DNA from: Flectonema sp. DT1601
Lineage: Eukaryota
Assembly: GCA_964019425.1 (NCBI GenBank)
Contig: OZ025794.1
Coordinates: 496,001-560,000, forward strand
DNA length: 64,000 nucleotides
Direction of reading: 5' to 3'
The position numbers and the translations under genes were made by a program. Numbering within the stretch: the first letter of the stretch is position 1; each line of letters starts with the position of its first letter. Shown piece by piece: positions 45,817 to 58,465 of this stretch. The notes below the pieces were generated by a model that was not told the origin of the DNA, did not search any database, and saw nothing but the letters and a program-made list of their open reading frames with translations.

Positions 45817-46650
45817 ATGGACAACGAAGACAAAGGTTTATCACGATTTCAAGAATTGTGGGCAGCAGTATGCGTCACCGTATTCTTTTTTACGCTGTTG
45901 ATTCAAGTGCTGTATAGATCCAAATTGAGACAAGCAAAGCTTCACATGGTAACCAGAAATAGCAAGTTGGACGTGTTTGATGAACGGAAATGTAAACAGG
46001 GACAGAAACGAAATGAAATTGCGAAAGCCAGTGTAAAACTATTTTCAGAATTTACACCGTACATTCCGTACACTGGAAGAGAGGTATCTGGGATGGTGTG
46101 CATGGGGAATATTGAAGCAAACAGGCATCCTAGAACTGAAGACTGGCTCGATTTCAGAGAATACGCCCGTTGGGTATCATACGCCATCAGACATGAAGTC
46201 CAGAGTCTTGCTGGAGAGGGAGTTTTAACAACACCAAAGAAGAGCCTGTGCTGCTTCACACTTAGAGAAGTGTTATTGTACCTTTTAAATATAGATGGTG
46301 TCCTTCCTCTGACACTAAAAGCAGAAGAAGGATGTCCTGACGTTGAAACAGTTGATGCTATCAATTGGTTAGTATCGATACATGATCTCTGGAGGTATGG
46401 TCTCAGACCTGGCAAGGAACTAACTGACCCCAGTACAATGCTTCGATTTCGTGCTTTTAGTGAAGATATTATTTGTCATTTGCAGCACTTGTTCCCAGGT
46501 TGTGTTATTTGTAATTCTGCTCCTAAAACAGTTGCATTTGACCCCTGTAAACATGTTCATACTTGTGATCCATGTTCAATCGCATTGGATCGTTGTACTC
46601 TATGCAAAACTAGAATACGAAATAAGTTTCCATCTCACGTTCAATCTTAG
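45817..46650 (+). CDS. N-terminal TM plus C-terminal RING finger (putative E3 ligase)
   Basis: CVIC...AFDPCKHVHTCDPC....CTLCKTRI. Confidence 0.8.
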   Translation: MDNEDKGLSRFQELWAAVCVTVFFFTLLIQVLYRSKLRQAKLHMVTRNSKLDVFDERKCKQGQKRNEIAKASVKLFSEFTPYIPYTGREVSGMVCMGNIEANRHPRTEDWLDFREYARWVSYAIRHEVQSLAGEGVLTTPKKSLCCFTLREVLLYLLNIDGVLPLTLKAEEGCPDVETVDAINWLVSIHDLWRYGLRPGKELTDPSTMLRFRAFSEDIICHLQHLFPGCVICNSAPKTVAFDPCKHVHTCDPCSIALDRCTLCKTRIRNKFPSHVQS

Positions 46651-46838
46651 TGTCATATTCACTTTGTATCTGTTTTGTGTTATAGTCTGCAGGCAATAGT
46701 TTAGTTTTGTTTTAGAATAGTTTTGTTTTCGTATTTTATATTAGAGAGTTCATATCTGTCTGTCTCTATTTAAACTCACTATAGGAATAGATGTTGTGCT
46801 GTATACTAATTTTATTGTTTGTCAGGTACCGTCGTAAA

Positions 46839-48372
46839 ATGGCATTCTCAGACTCGGATACATCGACAGTCGACATGATGAGTGACGCAGAGGAGGATGC
46901 CCCACAACATACTCGTCAACGGTCAAGTGGTAACTTTGACAACATCGTCGGTACTCCACGAGGAATACGCAATAGTTGGAGCTCGATAGGAAGAAGAGGA
47001 AGTTTTAGTGGAAAGAGAAAACCAGAACCCAACTTAGCACAGCAAGTTTCTGACTTAGACTCAAGTGGAAGTGATGGCATACCAAGTTACATACCTCAGT
47101 GTAAAAGACCTCCAATTTGTCCTCCAAGTACTCCTCCAGCAGTAAAAGGAACTGGTATCCGAATTGAATTCTGTAGAAGAAGTTCTGCGGGTACTTCATC
47201 CGCAGGTTCGCCACTCAACAGCTCATCCAGAGATAAGAAAGGGAAAATTGGAGCAGCTCCATTTCATCAGGACCCAGAGCAGGTTAGAACGATACCGAAA
47301 CTAGATCTGAAAACCGTTTCAAAACCTCTCCCACCAGTACCTTCTATTACTGTGAATCCAATACTAGGACTTGCTGGAGGTGGTGATCAACATCAGAGTC
47401 AGGACTCAAAGTCTGTCGATTCTAAATCTGCTGACACCCCAAGTATGAATGAAGTTGGTGATCAGATGGTTTTTTCAGAACCTGGATCTCCGAAGGTTAA
47501 TTGTTTCTCTGATGTAGACATGGACGACGACTGTAATACAACTGATCGTCAACCAGCTAATGATCTCACTGATATTGCTTCTTCTGCAGGTAGTTCTTGT
47601 TCTTCAAGTCGTACATTCCCTGATGATGATGATATGTCATTACCGCGTTCTAATCCGCCGAACCAGCGTCGTCGCAATAGTCCAACGGACCTCTCTATAG
47701 AACTTTCTGAAAAAGATAAAATTATATCTGATTTAAAGGCCACAAACGAAACACTTTCACAGAAGCTAAATAAGTCAGAAGAAGAAACCCGACTAGTCAT
47801 CACCAAGTACGCCGAGTGCATGGGAAAACTATCAGGTGAAGGGGCCAGCATGATTATCTCTCCTCGCAACAGCGGCAGCATTGAACAAGAAAAGAAGATT
47901 TCAGAGATGAGTGAGTTGATGAAGTCCCAAGAGGTATGGAACTTTTTATATTCCACAACAACTATGATCAATAAAAAAATATAAACCAAAAAAAAAACAG
48001 ACTGAAATACGTCAATTGAGAGACAAATTACGTGAAGTCTGTGAGAAAGCGAAGGCACAGCAAAGAGAAGCTCAAGAGACTTGCCGTGATGCTCAACGAG
48101 AAGTGCGTTGCTTAACAGCGCAGTTGGAGAGAAAAGATGAGGATGTTCCTTGTTCAGATGACATAGAATGTGAGCGCAGCAGATATTTAGTTGAAAATAA
48201 TCGACTGATGGGAGAACTATCGGAAATAAAGATCAGTCATGTTTGGGCACTTGCGGCTCTCGATCGACTAGACATCAGAGTCCCTGACAGCTGCTGCGTT
48301 GCAACTAAACTACCTGACGACATGGTTTGTTCAGCAAAATTAAAAATGAAATATATTCGAGTTTGTGGATAA
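46839..48372 (+). CDS. Ser-rich disordered protein with C-terminal coiled coil; exons 46839-47933, 48001-48372
   Basis: ATG 46839 after acceptor-like ttgtcag; phase-0 GTATG..CAG intron joins ORFs in frame. Confidence 0.7.
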
Positions 48373-51300
48373 GTAAAGACTTGTCTCTGACACGGAATTC
48401 ACTATTAGATGAGGCACACAACCTGACGACGCGATGCTGCAATAAAACTCTTGCGCTTTGATACTTTATTGAAGCAATACCGTAGACGATCATCATACCA
48501 ACTAACTACCATCATCGTCTTTCAGCTAGTTTGATTTATTTTATTTCTTTGAATCAAATTTAGCAGTTGTAAAAAAAAAAAAAAGAAAAAATGAACACAA
48601 TCCTAATTCTGTTTCTTTTCTATCTCTTTTACCCCTTCCCTCCCTCAAACTACACTCCAGACTTGCTAACTGGAGTGGTTCAGTTCTCAAGTTGTTGACT
48701 GATTGACCGCACTGACCTAATAGTTACTTCAAAAGGTTAAGTTGGTCATTCTATCGTTAACAAGACGTTTGAATTTCTCGTTATGTTATGATACGTCAAA
48801 CGGTTAACCCTTTAAATTTCTTTTTCCCATTTAATTTATAGTTCAGTCCCATACGGCTTTCATTCACCACAAGATATAGCGAAATATATCAGTGTGTTTA
48901 TCCTTTATTTTATTTTTGAAGAATTAAGGTGCATTCTTATCTACTGGAAAAAAAGAAGTGTGCTATTCGGGTAGGTAAACAAATAAAATAAATAAATAAA
49001 TTCAGCAGAGTCTTTTTTTTCTTCTTTTTGCTTATGCAGCTTTTGTTGGCTTCAGCTTGACAAAATCAAACCGCCGAATAAGTAGAAGAAGCACCTGCAT
49101 GAATCAATCAATTTGTAAAACTGATCTACAAAGACAATTTGTTAAGTTAGCCGTGGAAAAAAAAAATGAAAAAGTGAAGAAGAAGAAAATTACAGACTTT
49201 TTCCCTCTTTGTTGATTATGGCGTTTTGGCTGTTATGTATTTTCCTTTTTTTTGTAACTCAACAAATTAAAATAGACAGAGGGTGCTAGCAGTCTGCGTG
49301 TTTATAAATTATTCCCAAATCCCTATCTTGTAAGGAGATCCTTTGTATAATGTTCTTTGTGTTGAAAACCCTTTCTTCCTTTTTAATGTCACAAAGTATT
49401 GTTCTTCGATTCTGTTTTTATTTCGATCATAACAATGGATTTGTTGTTGTCATTTTTTTCCCCCTCAGTTAAGATTATCCGAGAGAGGGTCGATAATTGG
49501 CATTTTCTCAACTGCATTTTGTTGGTCTCTTTTCATTGCAAACCAAGTTTAGCCGATTCTGGTTTGCAATGAATGCTTAATGGTGTTGCCGATTCTCACA
49601 ATTTCAAGGGGGGGAAAGAAGATAACAAATTGATTAATTGTTATGATAATTTAAAAAACAGATATTTTTGTCAGTTTGCGTTGTTACTATTCTGTGTGGT
49701 AAATAACAACACTCACCTTAGCATTACTATGGTTCACTGTAAACCAATACCCGTTTTTAGGCTACTAAGTGGCCTGTTGCTGAATTATTATGTTTTTTTT
49801 TTTTTTTGGAAAAAAAAAAAAAAAAAATTGAGCAAGATTCTTGTCAGAATGTAAAAAAACAAACAAACAAAACAAACGTACAAACTTCACTTTTTTTTCG
49901 TTTGTTTTGCATACTGTCGATCCAAAAAATTAATAAGCTACCTCCTAGCAAGATCGGGTCTACTTAAGTTACTGTTGTCCTCGTAGCTCATGGAGTAACC
50001 CGGTACTCTTCAGTTGGTTGTTCTATTTAACGATTCGTAATGTGCTATGTAATAGACTTCTTCTTATTTATCCATCTTTCTAATAAACTGCTTAAGGAGA
50101 TTATGCTGCAAAGTTAATTCTCCCTTTCAAGTAACCCGTTCGCCAGAAAAAAAAAAAAGAAGAAAAAAAAAACGACCCCCAAAATGCGGTAGTGCCCACA
50201 TCAGTAGTTACCCGATCTCTTTGTTGGTATGTTGATATCGATTAGTTATACTGAAGGTTTCCCTGATTCAAGGAAAAAGACTGTGATTTTTTTCCCTTTT
50301 ACGGGCACAAACGTCGTAGCTATCTGCCCCGTTTTTTTTTCTCTCTCTTGTTTTTTTTCCCCTCCCGTTTTTTTTTCTTTTTTTTTTTTTTTTGAAAAAG
50401 GAAAAATTCCCGATGCCGCAAGTTTTCTTTTTTTGGCTGGCAGCTTTTCACAATGTTAACTACTAGCTCGGGGTAAACAACGTTTCCCTTTTTTTTTTTT
50501 TATTATTATACTAAACAACACGCACATAAAACACAACACTCCATAACGATACTACGCACGATCGACCTGTTCCGTATGAGGCAGTTATGTATCTTTGGTG
50601 ATGTAAAGCGTGTAAACTCTAACTATTTTTCCCCCCTCCTCCCGTCGTCTAGAGTCTGGCATTTTGTTTTGTTATTTTATTAGGGAACTGTAGGTAGCTT
50701 AGTTTGACGGATGAAATGGAAGAAGAAAATGAAACTCGTATGCGACCGTCTTTGCAATTGATAGCAGCCGGTCTCTGGTGGTGAAGTGCCAACCCCAACT
50801 CTCTTCTTGCTCTTTTTTTGTGTGTGACACACGAAGTTGCTCATGTCTTGGTTATATTTCTTTTATATTATATGCCGATGATTTATTGTACCAATTTTTC
50901 TGGGGAGAAAGAAAAAAAAAAGAAAAAAAAAAAACCAGCTAATCTCTCTTTGCGTACCTAACTTCCCTTCCCCCAACTGTTGGTCTTTTTACATGGCAAC
51001 CAAGGTTTGGCCGAGCCCAATTAGTTTTAGCCAGTTGCTTTTTTTTTTAATTGCAGTATCAAGTTACCCACCCACCCATTTTTCTTTTTTTTGCTTGGTT
51101 GTTCTTTAGTTGTAGTATTTGCTAACTATTTGAAAGAGAATAAAATTACCCACCCAGGGCAGTGCTCAGCAGCTTGTCTTTGTTGTGTATTTTTTATCAG
51201 CTGAATTCCCAGCTTGGTACCCCTCTTCTCAACTATTTAAGACATTAAATCGGAAATGCAATGATTTAACTTTTATTTGGTTATTCCCCCTACTTCCTTT

Positions 51301-52530
51301 TTTGTTTAAAAAATTGTGTTATTTGAAATTCCTTTCCCTTTCCCTTTCCCTTTTTTTTTTTTTTGTTGTTTTTTTTTGTTGAAATAATTTCCGACTCATT
51401 TTGATTATAAAAAAAAGATATTAATTAAGTTTCAGTACGATTACCCAGCATCCAACGTATTACTCTTAAGCAATAGTCACTAAACAAGGTAGGTATTAAT
51501 CGTAAGAGTACCAACCAGATGACAGTTGGCTTCGGGGTAAAATCAAAATATTCCTTTTTCAGATCATATCCCACCCAGCTCCTCTTCAGCAAAGAAACTA
51601 AGGGCGATACGATTAGTGAGAGTCAGACCTGAGTAAGTTATGTTTTACGGTATTTCTGTTTCTGTTTTTTTTTTTTTTTTTTTGTTGTTGTGTGTGAATT
51701 TGACTTGTAGTTTAAAAGTTATAGAATTTGTTTTTGTTAAATAGTTAGGAGTTTTTTTTTTTTGTCACATAGATTTTGTATGGAGGAAAAAAAAAAAAAA
51801 AAAAATAGAAGAAAGCGGTGAAATAATATCAAAGCATACATCCTTTCCTTCTTTCTGCCAATCTTGAAGAGGACATACTCTTAGTAGTTGTTTAGATATT
51901 TGTAAGAAAAAAAAAAAAAAAGAGTGGGAGTAATTTTCGGAAAAAGGAAATTATAATCACGTGTCTGTGTGCCATAATTTTTAACAGCGCTTGACACTTC
52001 ATAGGTTACTATTTCACTCAAATAAATGTTTTTTTTTTTTTTTTTTTTTTTTTTGTTAGAGATTTAGTAGAAACAAAAAAAAAAAAAGAAACGAAAGGAA
52101 AGGAAACGAAAGGAACAGGAAGGGAAAAAACACTCAGTAGTAGGGAATGGTATCAGAAAAAAAAAAATCAGAGAGAACATCTTATGTGCCCTGATACTTC
52201 TGCAGTGGGCCTAACAGTCTGCTTGAACCTTGAGCTGAATAGTTAATTACGACATGTTGATGAAATGGAAGAAAAAAAAAGAAAAAAAAAAGAATAGTTC
52301 ATTTCCTTCTCACAGTTGTTACATTTCTCTTTGCTTCCCTGCATGAGGAGAATTCTGGTAAGTACTTTGTCTTTTTATACTTCGCGACGGCGATTTTTTT
52401 TTAAAAAAAATATATTTATCACAACACATAACTCATTTTTCATCAGGTCAGCTACAATAAAACTATTAATACAAAATCGGAATAGCTTTCTGTGTGGTTG
52501 ATTACTTTTCTATCAGGTGGTACATAAAAC

Positions 52531-53526
52531 ATGAGTGACAGAAACGCACTTTTACGTGATATTAAACGAGGTTGTTGTCTACGAAAGACTACGACATTAG
52601 TTAAGAATTCAATTTCCGTTGATTTGGAAATTACGAAAAAACGGAAACCTGCGACAAAAGAAATTACCATGTCAGGTGATGTGAGAGATCGATCTAACTT
52701 ATTAGAATTGAATGGGTGTGATTTCGTGTTGCGATATCAAGATGAAGACATTGGTTTTCATGGAGTATTTCTAATGGGGCAATCTGGTTACTTTGACTGC
52801 ATCATTGATACGGATTGCAGTGAGCGCACCCTTCGAACTATTGAACTAGGCCCTATTGACGGAGTTACAGTAACTCATCTTCGTATAATGATTCAATACA
52901 TGTACGGAAAGCCTCTCAATAATATTAATATAGATGCCCTTGGTGGATTGTATGCAGCAGCAAAGTATTTTCAAATTAATAAATTAAAACAAACAATCCA
53001 ACAAATGGTGAAGAAAATAATAACAAAAGCAACAACACTGATTGAACTGTCGCAGTATAAAATATTACACTCAATTATTGATTATGAGAATTTGGAACTA
53101 GATGTTGATAGCAAACAGTTATCTGAACTACTATCATTTCAGTATCCTGATTTAGACTTTCGATGTGGTGAGCAATTAGCTTCGACTGAAGAAGTGACGT
53201 GGAGTGATTTGAAAGAATTTAGTTTTAATGTTACAAGAGGTTTCTTTTCTTCACAGACAATCCTACGATCCAGTCTTGGAGGTTTTTCTTCTGAAGATGA
53301 TGTGCTGAATTCTATGATTAAGTTTTCAACTATGACTGAACTCGATTTATCGCATCAAAGAGAACTCGCCTCCCAACTTCATCTTCACCACCTTTCAAGA
53401 GAAGGTGTTATTATTGCTAAGGAATGGGAGGCAGTTCATCTCAACAATTTAATTAGTTCTCTATGTGATAGAGTATTCAGCAAACAAAATTCACATTATC
53501 GCTGCTTCCCTGCCTCTCATAATTAA
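52531..53526 (+). CDS. WH2-like motif plus BTB/POZ domain protein
   Basis: DRNALLRDIKRG..LRKT; CDFVL..IGFHGVFLMGQSGYF..LRIMIQYMYG..LYAAAKYFQINKL. Confidence 0.8.
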   Translation: MSDRNALLRDIKRGCCLRKTTTLVKNSISVDLEITKKRKPATKEITMSGDVRDRSNLLELNGCDFVLRYQDEDIGFHGVFLMGQSGYFDCIIDTDCSERTLRTIELGPIDGVTVTHLRIMIQYMYGKPLNNINIDALGGLYAAAKYFQINKLKQTIQQMVKKIITKATTLIELSQYKILHSIIDYENLELDVDSKQLSELLSFQYPDLDFRCGEQLASTEEVTWSDLKEFSFNVTRGFFSSQTILRSSLGGFSSEDDVLNSMIKFSTMTELDLSHQRELASQLHLHHLSREGVIIAKEWEAVHLNNLISSLCDRVFSKQNSHYRCFPASHN

Positions 53527-53769
53527 ATACCACTCTTGGTTGATCCCTTGCCCTACAGGTAGTCTTTTTTGTATTCTCTGTAAACCTTCCCTTGCCTTTT
53601 ACTATTTTAGAATAGTTTTATAATTATTGTAAGGTATTCATCTCCCTTGCCTTTACCTTGTGGTTGATCTGATTGGATTACAGTAATCAGGCAACCGAGT
53701 ACAATATTTACATATATTTGTGTAGCAAGGTATTCGGTCTTATATTTTTACAACAGGAGATGAGAACTA

Positions 53770-55134
53770 ATGACTTTATTAGTCGCAGCATATCTTCCAA
53801 GAAAGCCAACTTGCGAACCTAGCAATACGGATGTAACCGTGTCTGGTACTGTGGAATCAGTTGAAAGTGAGTTTCGTTCATTTTATGTTAGAAATGAACT
53901 CCTTCTGAGGACCAATATCGAAAAACGAAAGATGACAGCTACCACACGGTTTCTTGAGCAACAGGTGCTCTTCGATAATGAGAAGAAGAAAAGATCTTTA
54001 ATAGTTTTTGAAATTACACGGGACCAGACATTAATCGACAATACCTTCTTATCATACGGACAATGGGCTTCATCAAGAAAACAACGGATAGCAGCGTTAA
54101 AAGAAGAAACGAGTAGAAGATTTCATCAAAAACATAAACACCAACAACAAAAGAAGATACACCAATTTAACAAACAAGTAGACACACTCTTTGAAGAGTG
54201 GCAGCGATTACAGAGCTACACAGCTGTTCAAGAGAGGAAAGCATCACTTTTATTTGGTCATGTGCAATATATTAGTAAACAATATTGCAAAGTATTGCGA
54301 ATATTTAGCGACATCTGTAACTACAAAGAAATTAATATCAACATCCTGAGGAGACAAAAAAATGAACGTCGAAAACGAGAAGACTCAGAACTTTCAATCC
54401 GAACCCAAATAGAACAGCAACAGGAGTTTCAATTCTCAATATCTATTTTTTGTACAATTCATATGTCGGGTCATGCAATTATTAAACAACGTGAGCATGA
54501 TGACTTTCAGTTTTTTCTTGACCAACAATCCTGGTCGCTATTGCGTCATAATAGAAACCTTGAAGAGCGGAATATCAACAATCAATACACAACTTACGTT
54601 TCATCTATTCGAAGTATCTGTTCTCAACGTTTGTTAGAAAAGGAAAGCTCAGAACAATCTAATCGCAACAAACTATCAAATGAGGAAAGCGTTTTTAGAA
54701 AAAAATTAGTTGGAGAAGAAGCAGGAAAGTGGTGTCGATCTAGAAAGAGAGAAATAGAAATACAAACAACCATTGAGGATATTAATAAAGCTTTAGATCG
54801 TCTGGTTGATATGTTCTACAGAAGTAGAGTGACCGTCGTACGGAGTGAGATATCATCTCGTTCTTCAATTCAAAATAATTTTGACATAGCAATGATGTTT
54901 TTAATGTCATACTTGCAATCAAAACAAACAACTGAAGTTGCAATGGCGTTACATCACGAGGAAACAGTTTCCAACACTCAAATACTCCCTCTCGTGGAAT
55001 TAGGAAAGAGAGGACAACATATTCACACTCAAGGTAAGGAAAGGAGGGCAATCTATCGCTTATTTAAGAGAGAGAAATTAACGCTTAGAACTGCCGAGGT
55101 ACTCGACCTGATAAACAGAAATAAGTTTTTATAA
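53770..55134 (+). CDS. Hypothetical charged coiled-coil protein
   Basis: 454-aa ORF, E/R/Q-rich. Confidence 0.65.
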   Translation: MTLLVAAYLPRKPTCEPSNTDVTVSGTVESVESEFRSFYVRNELLLRTNIEKRKMTATTRFLEQQVLFDNEKKKRSLIVFEITRDQTLIDNTFLSYGQWASSRKQRIAALKEETSRRFHQKHKHQQQKKIHQFNKQVDTLFEEWQRLQSYTAVQERKASLLFGHVQYISKQYCKVLRIFSDICNYKEININILRRQKNERRKREDSELSIRTQIEQQQEFQFSISIFCTIHMSGHAIIKQREHDDFQFFLDQQSWSLLRHNRNLEERNINNQYTTYVSSIRSICSQRLLEKESSEQSNRNKLSNEESVFRKKLVGEEAGKWCRSRKREIEIQTTIEDINKALDRLVDMFYRSRVTVVRSEISSRSSIQNNFDIAMMFLMSYLQSKQTTEVAMALHHEETVSNTQILPLVELGKRGQHIHTQGKERRAIYRLFKREKLTLRTAEVLDLINRNKFL

Positions 55135-55435
55135 CAAAACTGATCACTAGAAGATTTTATTAATTAAAATTACCATCTGTCTTGATACTTTACAGTTCCA
55201 GACGTCGTTATATTTCGTTACGTATTTGATAAATTTAACTTTTTTTTTTCTGTTATTTTGACAGGCAGTAATTCACAAACAAAAAAGCATAAGAACAGAA
55301 AACGATATACTCAATGCCGTAATGCTATATTAAGTCGGGTTTGACTAATGCAAAAGGGGAGTGGTGATGTCAATCCCCCCCCCTTTTTTTTTTTTAAATC
55401 CTTTCTACAGGTTCTCTGATTCCGTTAAAAATAAA

Positions 55436-56389
55436 ATGAAACTCAGAATAGCAACTCTCAACGTCGGTTGTTTTATAAGCCCACTAACAGATTTCGAGTC
55501 ACACATCGATAAAGAGATTAATATTTTGTGTATTCAAGAAGGAAGAGATGACCGTACCGTTCGAGAGTTTGCAGAACTTCTTGGTATGGAAATCGTTGCA
55601 AGTGGAGTAGCAGATTTCAACCTAACAAATGCAATTCTTGTTAGAAACATCCCAGGGTTAGTCACAGCAACCTTTCCAAGAAAATGGGATTTATTAGCAT
55701 CGTGGGGTGAGAAGAGAGTGGCATCGGTGTCTAGAATTCACCTTCATGAAATAGACATTTGTTTTGATATTATTAACACACATTTAGACGCCTATCGAGA
55801 ACAATGTCGACTCGAACAACTTGAATTACTAACCAGGTATATATCTGAAGATCATAGTCGTGATACAGAAGACCATCCTGAACTGTCATCAGTTAAAGAA
55901 AATTGTTTAATGAGCAGTAAATTATTCGAAATGAAACAAAAAGGTTCTATTTCAGAACAGGGTTATCAAGGAGCAATGTCCGCAATTTATGTTAAAGAAG
56001 CCGATAAAGCAATCAAACAAAAACCAATACAAAAGCAACCAGAAGGAACCATAATAGTAGGTGACTTAAACAGCCTAACAGTATCAGACTATCCTGGGGA
56101 ACTCTTATCAAGATTACGTGATTTACGATATCGAGCAACAGTTGAAGCTCCTCGGTTTTCAGTAACATCATCACTCTCAACTCTTTACAATTACACTGAT
56201 TCTCTCGCATTAGCAACGTCTTTAGTTGGTGATCGCTATACGACACCTCATTCGGTTAGAGTTGATTATGTTTATTTTAGTAAGTCTCTCACTCCTTTTA
56301 TAAAGGAACTCTCACAGACACATACGTCAATGAAATGCACTGACCATTCCATGGTTGACGTCTCTATTATATTTCAGAAACAACTTTAG
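55436..56389 (+). CDS. Endonuclease/exonuclease/phosphatase (EEP) superfamily protein
   Basis: RIATLNV, ILCIQE, NTHLD, IIVGDLN, RVDYVY and TDH catalytic motifs; ATG at 55436. Confidence 0.88.
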   Translation: MKLRIATLNVGCFISPLTDFESHIDKEINILCIQEGRDDRTVREFAELLGMEIVASGVADFNLTNAILVRNIPGLVTATFPRKWDLLASWGEKRVASVSRIHLHEIDICFDIINTHLDAYREQCRLEQLELLTRYISEDHSRDTEDHPELSSVKENCLMSSKLFEMKQKGSISEQGYQGAMSAIYVKEADKAIKQKPIQKQPEGTIIVGDLNSLTVSDYPGELLSRLRDLRYRATVEAPRFSVTSSLSTLYNYTDSLALATSLVGDRYTTPHSVRVDYVYFSKSLTPFIKELSQTHTSMKCTDHSMVDVSIIFQKQL

Positions 56390-56652
56390 ACGTGATTCTG
56401 TAACAATACTGAATTATTGTCCTTCGCTTCGTTTTTTTTTTTTTTCCCCCCCGATGTTTTTTTTGAAACAAAAAACAAGCAAAATAAAAAAAAACCCCCC
56501 TAACCCAGAATATTTTTTGTTTCATTGACATTGGAGATGCTTTATTCTTATTCTAACTTTAGCAATGTCTCTTTTCTGTTGTTTAAAGCTGTTGTGTTAT
56601 TTTTTTTTCTTCCACTCTCTCAGAAAAAAAGATAGAAAAAAAAAAAGTTTAT

Positions 56653-58349
56653 ATGCTACGACGGTTTAGCGTACTCAGACCAGCCAACAGGGGACTGTTG
56701 AAAATATCAAATATTAGTGTGAGACACGCATCGAAATTTATACCATTAAGAAAAGAGAACAATGTTATCAGAGAACCGACGTTGTTAATGCAAGCGGTTG
56801 GGAATCCATTGCTGTTGTATTTTGTGTTATTTGCATCTGCGATAACAATTCTGTTTGATAGGTACTTTGGAATGGCACTCGCTGATGCAGCATCACGAAT
56901 AACTAGAATGTCATACAACGCGTGTATAATATCAATGTACTATAGTCTTATAGATTATATTACTTGGAATGGCTCAGCTGTTGATAAGGTATTGGCTAGG
57001 TGTCGATGCCACGAAGTAGCCTCAGAGAGGATCAGAGAATACATTCTAGGTTTTACTGGTATCTACGTGAAGATGGGTCAGCTTGTAGCATGCATGCCTC
57101 AGATATTCCCTTTAGAATGGTGTATAAATATGAAACCCTGTCTTGACAATGGTCTCGGGATGAGTATTCACGACCTCCGACGCGCAATAGAAGCAAAAAG
57201 ACCATTCGGTTTAGGAGAAATTCTGAATGATGTTTTTGATGATTTCAATATCACTTCTGTTAAGGCAGCTTCACTTGCTGAGGTCCATCAAGCAAGACAC
57301 AAAGACACAGGAGAACGGCTTGCTGTAAAGGTTCAATATATTAACCTGCCAACACAGGTATGTTTTCCCTTCATTATCATCACATTTCTTTCCGAGAAAT
57401 TATTCCTTTGATAACAATTCATAACAAACAGTTAAAAGCAGATGTTACGGTGTTAAGAAAATTACTTTACTTATTGGGATGGCAAGTGGGTCATGATTTA
57501 CAATGGGTTGGTGAGATTTTAACCAAATCAATGGAAGAAGAATTAGACTTCACAAAAGAGGCTGACAATTGTGAAAGGTTTAGAGAAATGTTCTCTGATT
57601 GGGAACAAGTCTCGTCACCAGCTGTTTATCGGTCTCTTTCATCAGAAAGAGTTTTAACAATGGAGTACATTAATGGATTTAACATAAATCAATTGAAGGA
57701 AATTAAAAAACGCAAAATCAATCCTGCGGCTGTCGCTAACCTTGCTGCGGAAGTCATGGCGAGTTCTATTTTTGAACATGGATTTCTACATGCGGATCCT
57801 CACCCTGCAAACATATTCATAGAACCAACGACTTCTGAAGGAGGATGGAGACTTCAGTGGTTAGACCACGGATTGTATCAAAAAATATCACCCGACTTTC
57901 AAAAGAAATACGCAAATCTGTGGTACGCTATTGGAATAAACGACAGACCAAACATTGAAAAAGCCTGTACCAGTTTAGGAGTTAATAATGCTGGACTACT
58001 ATCTGAGCTTCTCAGTGGAAGTCCAAAACCTGTTGAAGGTATTGCTGCACATGATCCGATTGGTAAAAAGGACTTCTTTGTTCCTCACGTTGTTAACAGC
58101 GACGTATCACTTGGATTCTTAGAAGTAATGCACGACATCCCAACAGAAATGGTTTTAGTATTGAAGTGTAATGCTCTACTACAATCCTTACAAAAAGATT
58201 TGAATGTACCCATCACGTTTAATCAAGTAATGTCGAGTGCTGCTCTGAGACATTTGAATCATCTTGAATTCGGTGCTAATCCAAGTTCAAGGACAAAAAG
58301 AATGTGTGAAGATAGAATGAATAATCTTAGAAAACACTTCGAGGAATGA
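56653..58349 (+). CDS. ABC1/ADCK (UbiB-family) atypical kinase, mitochondrial; exons 56653-57357, 57432-58349
   Basis: MLRR presequence, GIYVKMGQ, AASLAEVHQA, AVKVQY, ELDFTKEA, LHADPHPAN, LDHGLY; phase-0 intron. Confidence 0.92.
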
Positions 58350-58465
58350 TAAAAACCCTATTGTGGTGAGTATTCATTCTCAATTACTTGTTCAGTTTCT
58401 ATTTATATTAGTTTTTTACCATCAAAAGTGATAATATTTTTTATAACTCAGGCCATTCCAACAAT

